Of a stretch of 54,195 nucleotides of DNA, positions 1 through 8,218 are shown one piece after another. Each line of letters begins with the position of its first letter. The first letter of the stretch is position 1. The notes under the pieces are model-generated. The model was not told where the DNA came from. It was given only the letters and a program-made list of their open reading frames with translations, and ran no database searches. Source of the DNA: an uncultured archaeon. GTDB taxonomy: Archaea; Aenigmatarchaeota; Aenigmatarchaeia; Aenigmatarchaeales; Aenigmatarchaeaceae. Where the stretch lies: positions 1 to 54,195 of the forward strand of contig CAYGBE010000092.1 in NCBI GenBank assembly GCA_964348065.1, in the 5' to 3' direction. The position numbers and the translations under genes are program-made.

Positions 1-148
1 ATTAGCCCCAATTTCTCAGGATTATCCCCCACTTGAGGGCAGGTTAGCTACGTGTTACTGAGCAGTTCGGCGAGTCCAGATGACTCACGCCTTGCATAGA
101 TAAGCCGAAACCTGATAACGGTGACCTCCGGCAGGATCAACCGGAATT
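1..148 (-). rRNA. rrs: 16S (SSU) rRNA, 5' end only; the gene continues off the left edge
   Basis: The reverse complement of 121-148 reads AATTCCGGTTGATCCTGCCGGAGGTCAC, the canonical archaeal SSU 5' terminus. Further in is CTCAGTAACACGTAGCTAACCTGCCC. The stretch is GC-rich relative to its flanks. Confidence 0.9.
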
Positions 149-338
149 GTACAGGATACACACCCATCTCCCATATTTTTACAAGATTACATCTTTACTA
201 CATCAGCCAAAAAAAATTATTTCGACTTCATTTTTAGCCACATTTGAAATGGTTTTTCATTAAATGCAAATGCCAAATCCAAACCAACGCCAAAAATGTG
301 GCAATAAAAAGTATATATAAATAAATTTGTCATACTTT

Positions 339-1631
339 TTAAGCTTTTCGTTTTCTTCTTGATTTTCTTCTTGATTTTCTTCTTGATTTTTTAATAGGTT
401 CTTCTTCAAATTCTGGTTTTTTTCTTGATTTTTTCATGGGTCCTTCTTCAAATTCTGGTTTATAGAAAATTTTTACAAAAACTGTGGTAAACAAAACTGT
501 TAGAAGTATTATTATGAATGCCACATTTGAAAAAACTTCAGCATTTTCCATTCCATATATAAAAGGCATTTGAGCTAAAACAGCTGCTGCCAACCCTCTT
601 CCCATCATTGAACGCATTATATCTCTTTCAACCCTTGTAATAGTCATCTTGTATGTGCTTATTTGAATAGTGGCAATTCTCATAATTACTAAAATAACTA
701 AAAATAATAAACCATAAAGCAGAAATCTCACATTAAAGGTTGCTATTAAACCCAAGTAAACAAAGAAGAAAGATTTTATAAAGAATGTAATCTCGCTATG
801 AAATCTTTTTAATGTTTTATCAACTCTATATCTTTTTTTGAATTTTAACATGTTTGAAAAAGCATAACTATTGCCCAAAACTAAACCAAACATTAAAGCT
901 GATATTGCTCCGCTACCACCAATTGATTCTGCAAAAACATATAACAAAAATACCACAGCCAAAGTTAACATGTAGTCAAATCCTCTTCTTCTGATTTTAT
1001 CTAAAACAAAAAGCCAAATAATTCCAACTATTAAACCAACAACAATTGCAACAGAGTACATACTGGCTAAACTATTGGCCAAAGGAATTGTTGTTATAGA
1101 AGTCGCAGTAACTATTTGAATCAAAGCCATGGTAATAACAATTGCTATGGGATCTGACAAAATTGATTCTATTTTTAAAATAGTTTTAACTCCTTCTTTA
1201 ATTTTTAAAGGATCTACAATTGAAATAACAACAGCGCTACTTGTTCCACATATCATTGTACCTAAAATCAAAGATTCCATAAAACCAAACCCAAAAATAA
1301 AAATAGAAACAAGAGCAACTCCTCCTATTGACAAAAATATTCCAAGAAAAACAAGTAAAACTCCTCTAGAAATTTTATTAAGTATTTGATAAATATCCAT
1401 GTCCAAACCTGCATTAAAAAGAATTATTAAAAGTGCTATTGCACCAAGTAGTGGAGAGGCTGCAATAAAAATTGTTCTGTCTATAAGATTGAAAACAGGA
1501 CCCACAAGCAATCCGAATATTAATAACCAAACTACATCTGGTATTTTTGTTCTCTCAAAAATAAGAGAACCAACATAACCTAAAACTATTGTTATGCCAA
1601 AAAATGTTAGTATGCTTAAAGGCTCTATCAT
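339..1631 (-). CDS. Na+/H+ (cation:proton) antiporter, CPA1/NhaP-like, with a basic repeat tail
   Basis: 430-aa polytopic membrane protein. The N-terminus MIEPLSILTFFGITIVLGYVGSLIFERTKIPDVVWLLIFGLLVGP is typical of NhaP-type exchangers. ATG at 1629-1631. The C-terminal tail KKSRRKSRRKSRRK is encoded by tandem DNA repeats. Confidence 0.8.
   Translation of the reverse strand: MIEPLSILTFFGITIVLGYVGSLIFERTKIPDVVWLLIFGLLVGPVFNLIDRTIFIAASPLLGAIALLIILFNAGLDMDIYQILNKISRGVLLVFLGIFLSIGGVALVSIFIFGFGFMESLILGTMICGTSSAVVISIVDPLKIKEGVKTILKIESILSDPIAIVITMALIQIVTATSITTIPLANSLASMYSVAIVVGLIVGIIWLFVLDKIRRRGFDYMLTLAVVFLLYVFAESIGGSGAISALMFGLVLGNSYAFSNMLKFKKRYRVDKTLKRFHSEITFFIKSFFFVYLGLIATFNVRFLLYGLLFLVILVIMRIATIQISTYKMTITRVERDIMRSMMGRGLAAAVLAQMPFIYGMENAEVFSNVAFIIILLTVLFTTVFVKIFYKPEFEEGPMKKSRKKPEFEEEPIKKSRRKSRRKSRRKRKA
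355..461. repeat. In-frame tandem repeats at the 3' end of the antiporter gene (12-nt unit x3 at 355-390; 42-nt unit x2 at about 399-461)
   Basis: cttcttgatttt is repeated three times. ttcttcaaattctggttt occurs twice, 42 nt apart. Together they encode KPEFEE.P.KKSRK and RRKS repeats. Confidence 0.8.
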
Positions 1632-1668
1632 GAATATAGTATGTATTACTGGTATATAAAAAATTATT

Positions 1669-2499
1669 TTAAATAATTTTAGGAATGTTTTCTATCAAAT
1701 CAGTTGCCAACAAACCTTCTTTATATTTTTTAGAAGTCAGTTCTCCGGCTTTACCATTAATATAGGCAGCCGCACAAGCAGAATTAAAGACATCAATACC
1801 TCTAGCAAGCAATGCTCCGCAAATTCCTGTTAATGTATCTCCACATCCGCCTTTTGTCATGTAAGGAGCTCCGGTTTTATTTAATAAAATTTTATTTCCA
1901 TTTGAAACACTGTCAACATGACCTTTCAAAAGTATTAGACAATTTAATTTTTTTGCAAATTGTTTTACGAACTTTTTTCTTTCATTCAAGTTTTTTACTT
2001 CTATTCCTGTTAATGCTCTAAATTCATCAGCATGGGGTGTAAGAACACAATTTTTATTTATAACTTCTTTTTTCTTAGCAACAGCCCTAATTGCATCAGC
2101 ATCAATCACCATTGGTAAATCAATTTTTTCAACTAATTCATTAATTGCATCTAAAGTTTCTTTTTCTCTCCATAACCCAGGGCCTATTGCAACAGCAGTT
2201 GCCCTAACTTCGTTTATCAAAGAAATTATTTTTTCTGTATGTTCTTTTACTAGTTTATCACCTTCTAATGGCTCTGTTATAAGGTTTGGAGAAAAATTTG
2301 CAGCAACATCAGCAGCTCTTTTTGGACCTACTATATAAACTAAATCACAACCAGCTCTATAAGCAGCTAAACCAACAAAACAAGGAGAACCAGTATGTCT
2401 TTTGCTTCCTGATATTACAACTAATTTTCCAAATTGACCTTTATGACTCCAAACATTTCTTTTTCCATATATTTTTTTTAGAATATTCAAATGGGCCAC
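1669..2499 (-). CDS. nnrD: ADP-dependent NAD(P)H-hydrate dehydratase (YjeF C-terminal / carbohydrate-kinase family)
   Basis: Motifs HKGQFGKLVVISGS, AAYRAGCDLVYIVGP and MTKGGCGDTLTGICGALLA match the NnrD/YjeF-C family. The start is a GTG at 2497-2499. Confidence 0.8.
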   Translation of the reverse strand: MAHLNILKKIYGKRNVWSHKGQFGKLVVISGSKRHTGSPCFVGLAAYRAGCDLVYIVGPKRAADVAANFSPNLITEPLEGDKLVKEHTEKIISLINEVRATAVAIGPGLWREKETLDAINELVEKIDLPMVIDADAIRAVAKKKEVINKNCVLTPHADEFRALTGIEVKNLNERKKFVKQFAKKLNCLILLKGHVDSVSNGNKILLNKTGAPYMTKGGCGDTLTGICGALLARGIDVFNSACAAAYINGKAGELTSKKYKEGLLATDLIENIPKII

Positions 2500-2684
2500 C
2501 AGTTATTATAGATTAAAAACCCCTTAACTGCAAGAGCTGACAAAATTCCCATTAAAGTGCGAGTCCAAGGGTTTCCAATTTCTTTGTATTCAAAAATTAT
2601 AATAAATATTACAACCAGTGCAGCAGAAATCCAGTCAGTGGGCATTAATTTTTCTAAAAATTCATATGTACTCGTTATAGCCAT
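2487..2684 (-). CDS. Small two-TM membrane protein, unknown function
   Basis: 65-aa ORF with an ATG start and two hydrophobic helices. It overlaps the next gene by 13 nt, and no family was recognised. Confidence 0.35.
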   Translation of the reverse strand: MAITSTYEFLEKLMPTDWISAALVVIFIIIFEYKEIGNPWTRTLMGILSALAVKGFLIYNNWWPI

Positions 2685-2749
2685 AAAAGTAAAATAATTT
2701 TACTAGCTTAAAAAGATATTTTTTTAAATTTCACAGTTGTAATAGGTTT

Positions 2750-3346
2750 ATGGTTAAAAGAAAATCAAGCCTTTCAAAAGGATGGATAGCAGCGATAATC
2801 ATTGTAATAATAATATTGGCAATAATTGGATGGATATGGGGTTCTTACAACAACTTTATTATAATGACACAGAACATTGAAAACCAGTGGGGCAAGGTTG
2901 AAGTACAATATCAAAGAAGAGTTGATTTAATACCAAACCTTGTAAATTCAGCAACAGGCTACATGCAGTTTGAAAGATCTTTGCTTGAAGAGATTACATC
3001 TTTAAGATCACAATGGATGGCTGCAACTACTGTTGAAGACAAAGTGAATTTTGGAAATGCTTTAGATTCTGCTTTAGGAAGACTTTTAGTAGTTGTGGAA
3101 AATTATCCAGAATTAAAGTCAATACAAGCTGTTGAAGATTTAATGTTTGAAATAGCAGGAACAGAAAATAGGATTGCAGTGGAAAGATCTAGATACAATG
3201 ATATGGTAAGAAATTATAACATAGGAGTAAAAATGTTTCCATCAAACATACTTGCAAACATGTTTGGATTTGAAGAAAGATCATACTTCCAAGCAACAAC
3301 AGAAGGAGCAGAAACTGCACCAACAGTTAATTTAACAACTGCTTAA
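2750..3346 (+). CDS. lemA: LemA family membrane protein
   Basis: N-terminal TM followed by NQWGKVEVQYQRRVDLIPNLV and ENRIAVERSRYNDMVRNYN, both characteristic LemA motifs. It is followed by its usual TPM-domain partner. Confidence 0.85.
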   Translation: MVKRKSSLSKGWIAAIIIVIIILAIIGWIWGSYNNFIIMTQNIENQWGKVEVQYQRRVDLIPNLVNSATGYMQFERSLLEEITSLRSQWMAATTVEDKVNFGNALDSALGRLLVVVENYPELKSIQAVEDLMFEIAGTENRIAVERSRYNDMVRNYNIGVKMFPSNILANMFGFEERSYFQATTEGAETAPTVNLTTA

Positions 3347-3355
3347 GTGTTTTGA

Positions 3356-4174
3356 ATGAAAAAAGTTTTATGCATTGCTTTTCTAGTTTTTCTTTTATCT
3401 ATTAATATAGGCCTTTCTCAAGAGGTTCCCACCCTACAAAAATATGTAAATGATTTTGCTAATGTTTTAACTGAATCAGATGAAGCTAGAATTAATACCT
3501 TATGTGCAGAGATTGAAAAAAACTGGACAGTGGAGGTTGCTGTTTTAACTGTTGAAACAACTCAACCAATGTCCATTGAAGAGTATGCTGTTAAAACTTT
3601 TGAAAAAAACGGAATTGGAAAAAAAGATGTTGATAATGGATTATTAATAATAGCTGCAATACAGGACAGAAAGTGGAGATTTGAAGTTGGTTATGGATTA
3701 GAGCCTATTATTAATGATGCCAAAGCCGGAAGAGTTGGGAAAAACTATTTAACTCCATATTTCCAAGAAGAAAGATATGGAGATGGTTTATTTTATGCTG
3801 TTGATGCTATAGGTAAAGTTATTCAAAGCGGTGGAGACGATTCCTTTATTTCTGAACAAATAGATTATGAAGTTTTTATTCCAATAATAATTGGTTTAAT
3901 AATTTTTATAATAATAATTTTTTTAATTGTTGTTTCTATTTTTTCTGTGCCTAGATGTCCTAGATGTGGAACAAAGATGAAGTGCCATCCAAAAGGAGAT
4001 TATATTATTTGTGAATGTCCTAAATGTAAGAAAAAAGTTAAGAAGAAAAAAAAGAAAGGAGTTCCTTGGATTTTCTTTGTTGGAGGGTTCGCTGGACGTG
4101 GAGGAGGCAGTGGTGGTGGAGGTGGGTTTGGTGGAGGAGGAAGTGGTGGCGGTGGCGCATCAGGTGGATGGTAA
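3356..4174 (+). CDS. TPM-domain (YgcG-like) protein with TM, inserted CxxC..CxxC zinc ribbon and Gly-rich tail
   Basis: Signal peptide, then the TPM core (YVNDFANVL...GLLIIAAIQDRKWRFEVGYGLE), a TM helix, CPRCGTKMKC...CECPKCKKK and a GGGSGGGGGFGGGGSGGGG tail. Confidence 0.75.
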   Translation: MKKVLCIAFLVFLLSINIGLSQEVPTLQKYVNDFANVLTESDEARINTLCAEIEKNWTVEVAVLTVETTQPMSIEEYAVKTFEKNGIGKKDVDNGLLIIAAIQDRKWRFEVGYGLEPIINDAKAGRVGKNYLTPYFQEERYGDGLFYAVDAIGKVIQSGGDDSFISEQIDYEVFIPIIIGLIIFIIIIFLIVVSIFSVPRCPRCGTKMKCHPKGDYIICECPKCKKKVKKKKKKGVPWIFFVGGFAGRGGGSGGGGGFGGGGSGGGGASGGW

Positions 4175-4178
4175 GAAA

Positions 4179-4254
4179 TGAGCCTGGGGAGATTTGAACT
4201 CCCGACCTACTGGTCCGAAGCCAGTCGCTCTAATCCAAACTGAGCTACAGGCTC
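4179..4254 (-). tRNA. tRNA-Arg (anticodon UCG)
   Basis: The reverse complement folds as a cloverleaf: acceptor GAGCCUG/CAGGCUC, D arm GCUC..GAGC, anticodon stem ACUGG/CCAGU with loop CUUCGGA, T arm GGGAG-UUCAAAU-CUCCC, discriminator A. Confidence 0.9.
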
Positions 4255-4288
4255 AAATATTAATTGTTCCTGTATTTTTAAATTAGAA

Positions 4289-5671
4289 TTAAATTTTAAA
4301 TGGATATTCCCCAGTAAAACAACCTAAGCAAAGTTCTTTTCTAGGTTTTCCAATTGCCTCAACTAGCATGTTTATTGTCGGATACATCACAGAATCAGCA
4401 CCTATTTCTTTTGCAACACATTTTCCTATCTCCTTAACATTTTTTTCTTTATTATACTTGCTTGCAATAAAAGTTTTATGACCTTCATAAATATAATCTG
4501 GACATGTTGCAATTGAAGGAGGGGAACTTACTACATAATGGACCTCTTTTGCTCCTACTCTCCTACATGCTTTTGTATTTTGTCTTGAAACAGTAGATCT
4601 CATTATGCTATCTTCTGTAATAATTATTATTTGATCTGTAATGGAATCTTTAATCATAATAAACTTTATATCAGTCTCCGATTCTCTAAATAATTCATTA
4701 GGGCTTATGAAAGTTCTTATTGAAAAAACATTTCTCATTATAGACTCATCATATACCCAGCCTGATGCTTGAGCAAAACCCAATCCAACACCTCTTCCAG
4801 AATTTGGAGATGGAACAACTTTTCCTTTCTTAATTCCATCTTTTTTATAAAACTCGTAAATTTTTCTTCCCATTTCTTTTCTAAATCTATCAACACTTCT
4901 TCCTTCAATAACAGAAGCTCTACTAGCATAATAAACATACTCAAACGCGCAGTGTTTTGGTTCCGGTTTTAATAACTGTTCAAATTTAGGTTCTGGATCT
5001 TCTGGGTCAAATTCAATAAACTCTCCAGGTTTAACATCTCTTAAGAGTTCTGCATTGAGAGTATTAAATGCGACTGACTCAGAGGAGAGAAGATAAGTTC
5101 TTCCTAACCTTCCTATGCAATAAGGTTTCAATCCTCTTTTGTCTCTAATTCCTATTTCTCTAGTTCTTTTACCATCATTCAATAAAATTGCAGTGGAAAA
5201 ATATCCCTTATCTAAATCTTTCATTGTTTTTTCAGCAGCTTTATTTGTTTTTCCTGTTTCTACTAAATGTTTCAAAAATATTTTACCAAATAGTTCCGTA
5301 CTTTCTCTAGGATCAACATCATATTCGCTAAATTTATCTTGATCAAATAACTTTCCATCCATTACAACTGAGATTTTGAAATTACCGTCTTTTAATTCAA
5401 TAGGCTCTATATTTTCTTTATTTGTAACTTTAAATTTCCTAACTTGTCCAATAGAAGAATAATCAGAGGGGTTATCAAAAATTTTTAATATTTTCTCGTC
5501 AAAAATATTGGCTACATATCCTTCTTCTCTATATGTTCTAATTGAATTTTCTCCAGCAACTGTAATACCTCCAGATTCTTGGCCTCTAGTTTGTAAAATT
5601 CTAAGACCAACATATGTTGTATTTAAAACGTTTTGACCGTCAAAAGAATAAGTCCCAAAAACACCACCCAT
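4289..5671 (-). CDS. Amidophosphoribosyltransferase (PurF)-like protein lacking the N-terminal nucleophile Cys
   Basis: MGGVFG..YVGLRILQTRGQESGGI aligns with PurF CGVFG..YYGLHSLQHRGQEGAGI. A PRPP-loop-like IIITEDSIMRSTVS is present, as is the PurF C-terminal CLGCFTGEYP. The ATG is at 5669-5671, and the longer ORF in the track starts at a TTG. Confidence 0.75.
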   Translation of the reverse strand: MGGVFGTYSFDGQNVLNTTYVGLRILQTRGQESGGITVAGENSIRTYREEGYVANIFDEKILKIFDNPSDYSSIGQVRKFKVTNKENIEPIELKDGNFKISVVMDGKLFDQDKFSEYDVDPRESTELFGKIFLKHLVETGKTNKAAEKTMKDLDKGYFSTAILLNDGKRTREIGIRDKRGLKPYCIGRLGRTYLLSSESVAFNTLNAELLRDVKPGEFIEFDPEDPEPKFEQLLKPEPKHCAFEYVYYASRASVIEGRSVDRFRKEMGRKIYEFYKKDGIKKGKVVPSPNSGRGVGLGFAQASGWVYDESIMRNVFSIRTFISPNELFRESETDIKFIMIKDSITDQIIIITEDSIMRSTVSRQNTKACRRVGAKEVHYVVSSPPSIATCPDYIYEGHKTFIASKYNKEKNVKEIGKCVAKEIGADSVMYPTINMLVEAIGKPRKELCLGCFTGEYPFKI

Positions 5672-5701
5672 GCAATTAATACAATACAAAAAAATAAATG
5701 T

Positions 5702-6961
5702 TTATGGGTAAACCCTTGTCATTGTTCTGGGAAATGGAATTGTGTCCATTATGTGTTCTACTCCAGCAATCCACATTATTAGTCTTTCTATTCCTAAACC
5801 AAAACCAGAATGAGGAACTGTTCCATACTTTCTTAAATCAATATACCACTCGTAATGTTTTTTATCAAGTTTGAAAATTTTTATTGATTCCAAAAGTTCT
5901 TTGATATCATAAATTCTTTCACTTCCCCCAATTATTTCTCCTACTCCAGGAACAAGCAAGTCAGCTGCTAAAACAACTTTAGGGTCTTTAGGGTCTGGCC
6001 TCATGTAAAATGCTTTCATATCTCTTGGAAAATGAGTGAGAAATACTGGTTTGCTTCCTAATTTTTCTATTAACTCTCTTTCATCTTTGTCAGTTATATC
6101 ATGACCCCATTTTTTTCCTAATTTTTCTAATGCTTCTTTATATTTTATTCTTAAAAATGGTTTTTTCAATTCTTTTAATTCTGTTAAATCTCTTCCTAAT
6201 TCTTTTAATTCTTTTTCACAATGCTTTAAAACATGATCAACTACGTATAAAATCAAATCTTCTTCAAATTCTATTATTTCTTCATAATCCACCCAAGCAG
6301 CTTCTACTTCAGCTGTCCAATATTCTGCTATGTGTCTTTTTGTTCTTGATTTTTCAGCTCTAAAGGCTGGAGTGATAGTATAGATTTTTTCTAAAGTTTG
6401 TATCATGGCTTCAGCATATAGTTGCCAAGATTGGGAAAGGTATAATTCTTTATCAAAGTATTTAACTTCAAAAAGAGAAGAACCACCTTCACAGGCTGCT
6501 GTTGTAAATATAGGAGATTGAATTTCAAAAAAACCTCTTGAACGACAAAAATCGTCAATGGCTCTGAAAACCTCGCTTCTTATTTTAAAAATTCTTCTTA
6601 ATTTCTGAGACCTTATCCACAAATGCCTTACATCTCTTGTAAACTCTTCACTTAAATCCTTTGATATAGGAAATGTTTCTGCTAGTCCAATTATTTTTAA
6701 GTCTTTAACTTGAATTTCAAAACCACCAGGAGCCCTTTTATCTTCTTTGACAATTCCTAAAACTTGAATAGAAGATTCAACAGTGGTATCTCTTGCTTCT
6801 TCAATTCCTTTGCAGGCTAGTTGAATTATTCCTGTTGAGTCTCGCAAAATTAAAAAGACTATGTCTTTCTGGTCTCTTTTTCTATAAACCCAACCTCTTA
6901 ACCAAACTTCTTTTCCAGTTAAATCTCCTTTTAAAACATCTTTAATATGAATAAAATCCAT
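5702..6961 (-). CDS. asnS: Asparaginyl-tRNA synthetase (class IIb)
   Basis: N-terminal OB-fold region (VWLRGWVYRKRDQKDIVFLILRD), motif 2 FRAEKSRTKRHIAEYWTAEVEAAW and motif 3 GFGLGIERLIMWIAGVEHIMDTIPFPRT. The start was moved to the ATG at 6959-6961 to avoid overlap with the upstream gene. Confidence 0.8.
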   Translation of the reverse strand: MDFIHIKDVLKGDLTGKEVWLRGWVYRKRDQKDIVFLILRDSTGIIQLACKGIEEARDTTVESSIQVLGIVKEDKRAPGGFEIQVKDLKIIGLAETFPISKDLSEEFTRDVRHLWIRSQKLRRIFKIRSEVFRAIDDFCRSRGFFEIQSPIFTTAACEGGSSLFEVKYFDKELYLSQSWQLYAEAMIQTLEKIYTITPAFRAEKSRTKRHIAEYWTAEVEAAWVDYEEIIEFEEDLILYVVDHVLKHCEKELKELGRDLTELKELKKPFLRIKYKEALEKLGKKWGHDITDKDERELIEKLGSKPVFLTHFPRDMKAFYMRPDPKDPKVVLAADLLVPGVGEIIGGSERIYDIKELLESIKIFKLDKKHYEWYIDLRKYGTVPHSGFGLGIERLIMWIAGVEHIMDTIPFPRTMTRVYP

Positions 6962-6992
6962 ACTATCACTATCCTTATTTTTATATTTATTT

Positions 6993-7937
6993 TTATCCTC
7001 CTGGCAGTTTTGTAAATGGTGCTGCATCTTGAATATGTTCTAAACCACAAATGAATCTTGTTAATCTTTCTAAACCCAAACCAAAACCTGCAGTTGGCTT
7101 AACTCCTTTTTTTAATATCTCTAGATATAACTCAAATTTTTCAAGCTCTCCTGACTTTTTCAATTTTTCCAAAATCTTTTTATATTCAAATTCTCTTTCA
7201 CTCCCTGATATTGCTTCCCCAAATCCTTCAGGAAACAACAAATCAAAGCCAAGCTGAAAATCTCCATCATCCCTATCATAGAAACCTCTACTATCTTTGG
7301 GATAAAATTTTACAAAAAATGGTTCATCAAAATGCATGGAAATTGCTTTTTCAGCCTCCCATGGTAGTTCTTTGTCATAAGAAATTTTGAATCCTAGTTT
7401 TTTTGCTAAATCAACAGCCTCTTTGTGAGTTAATCTTTTAAATGGTAGACTTGGTACTTTGATATCTCTCCCTAAAATTCTTAGTTCTTTTTCACATTTT
7501 TCTTTTATTTCTGAAATAACAAATGAAATTAGTTTTTCCGCTAATCCCATTGCATCCTCATGGTCTTTTTCTGGTATTTCAACTTCTATTTGATAGAATT
7601 CTGATAAATGTCTTCCACTGTGTTTTGAAATCTCTGGTTCTTTTCTAGCACATGGACAAAATGAAAATATTTTACCTAAATGTGTTGCTAGTAAAGGCTT
7701 ATGAACTGTTAAAGCACTCATCAGACTATATGGTTTACCGTAAAAATCTATTTCAAAAAATTCTGCTCCTCTTATTCCTGGATCTGTAAATGGTTCAAAT
7801 AAAGGAGCTCTTATTTCTAAAAACTCTTCATCTTTTAAGAATTTTCTTATTGCATACATTATTTCTGACTGTATTTTTAAAACAGCCTTTGCTTTAGATG
7901 CTTCTAAAATTAGGTATGCCCTAATTTTGACCTTCAC
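6993..7937 (-). CDS. AsnRS/AspRS catalytic-core paralog without anticodon-binding domain (archaeal AsnA-type asparagine synthetase-like)
   Basis: 314 aa with class II motifs (SGRHLSEFYQIEVE; GFGLGLERLTRFICGLEHIQDAAPF) but no N-terminal OB fold. The GTG start overlaps the upstream stop as GTGA. Confidence 0.7.
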   Translation of the reverse strand: MKVKIRAYLILEASKAKAVLKIQSEIMYAIRKFLKDEEFLEIRAPLFEPFTDPGIRGAEFFEIDFYGKPYSLMSALTVHKPLLATHLGKIFSFCPCARKEPEISKHSGRHLSEFYQIEVEIPEKDHEDAMGLAEKLISFVISEIKEKCEKELRILGRDIKVPSLPFKRLTHKEAVDLAKKLGFKISYDKELPWEAEKAISMHFDEPFFVKFYPKDSRGFYDRDDGDFQLGFDLLFPEGFGEAISGSEREFEYKKILEKLKKSGELEKFELYLEILKKGVKPTAGFGLGLERLTRFICGLEHIQDAAPFTKLPGG

Positions 7938-8116
7938 CTTTCATATTCTTCACCTCTTAAAATTTTTTTAATTTTTATTAAAACTCGAGAATCTCCTCTT
8001 ATCTTTAACTTTTTTCTAATAGAAGCTGGTATTGTTATTCTTCCTCGATGATCAGAAATAGAAGTAAAGCTAAGGGATTCTATTTGCTCATATTTGTCCC
8101 AAATTTTGACGTCCAC
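7934..8116 (-). CDS. AbrB/SpoVT (MazE-like) swapped-hairpin DNA-binding protein
   Basis: 60 aa with GRITIPASIRKKLKIRGDSRVLIKI, the SpoVT/AbrB signature. GTG start, and a 4-nt overlap with the AsnRS paralog. Confidence 0.6.
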   Translation of the reverse strand: MDVKIWDKYEQIESLSFTSISDHRGRITIPASIRKKLKIRGDSRVLIKIKKILRGEEYER

Positions 8117-8218
8117 CCATTTATTTCACCTAATAGTAGTTACTAATAACTGGTATTTAAAACTATGTGGGTAAGGTTTTTATTTTTCATTTTGTAAATC
8201 TTTACTACTAGTGGTTTA

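Noticed and set aside
237-302. 9-bp inverted repeat gccacattt / aaatgtggc in the 16S leader, near a TATA-like box (about 310-325, minus strand).
   Set aside because: It is plausibly ordinary pre-rRNA leader structure and promoter. The 16S gene is cut by the window edge, so processing-stem pairing with the 3' flank cannot be evaluated, and nothing looks unusual.
6962-7027. N-terminal extensions implied by the track's longest ORFs: AsnRS to 7027, Dph2 to 33667, FtsZ from 13197, 12634, 51174, 51594, 17571, 21593, 30437, and PurF-like to 5689.
   Set aside because: Several of these starts are TTG or GTG codons that overlap upstream genes or regulatory palindromes. Internal ATGs with GGTGA-like ribosome-binding sites and family-typical N-termini fit better, so the coordinates were trimmed.
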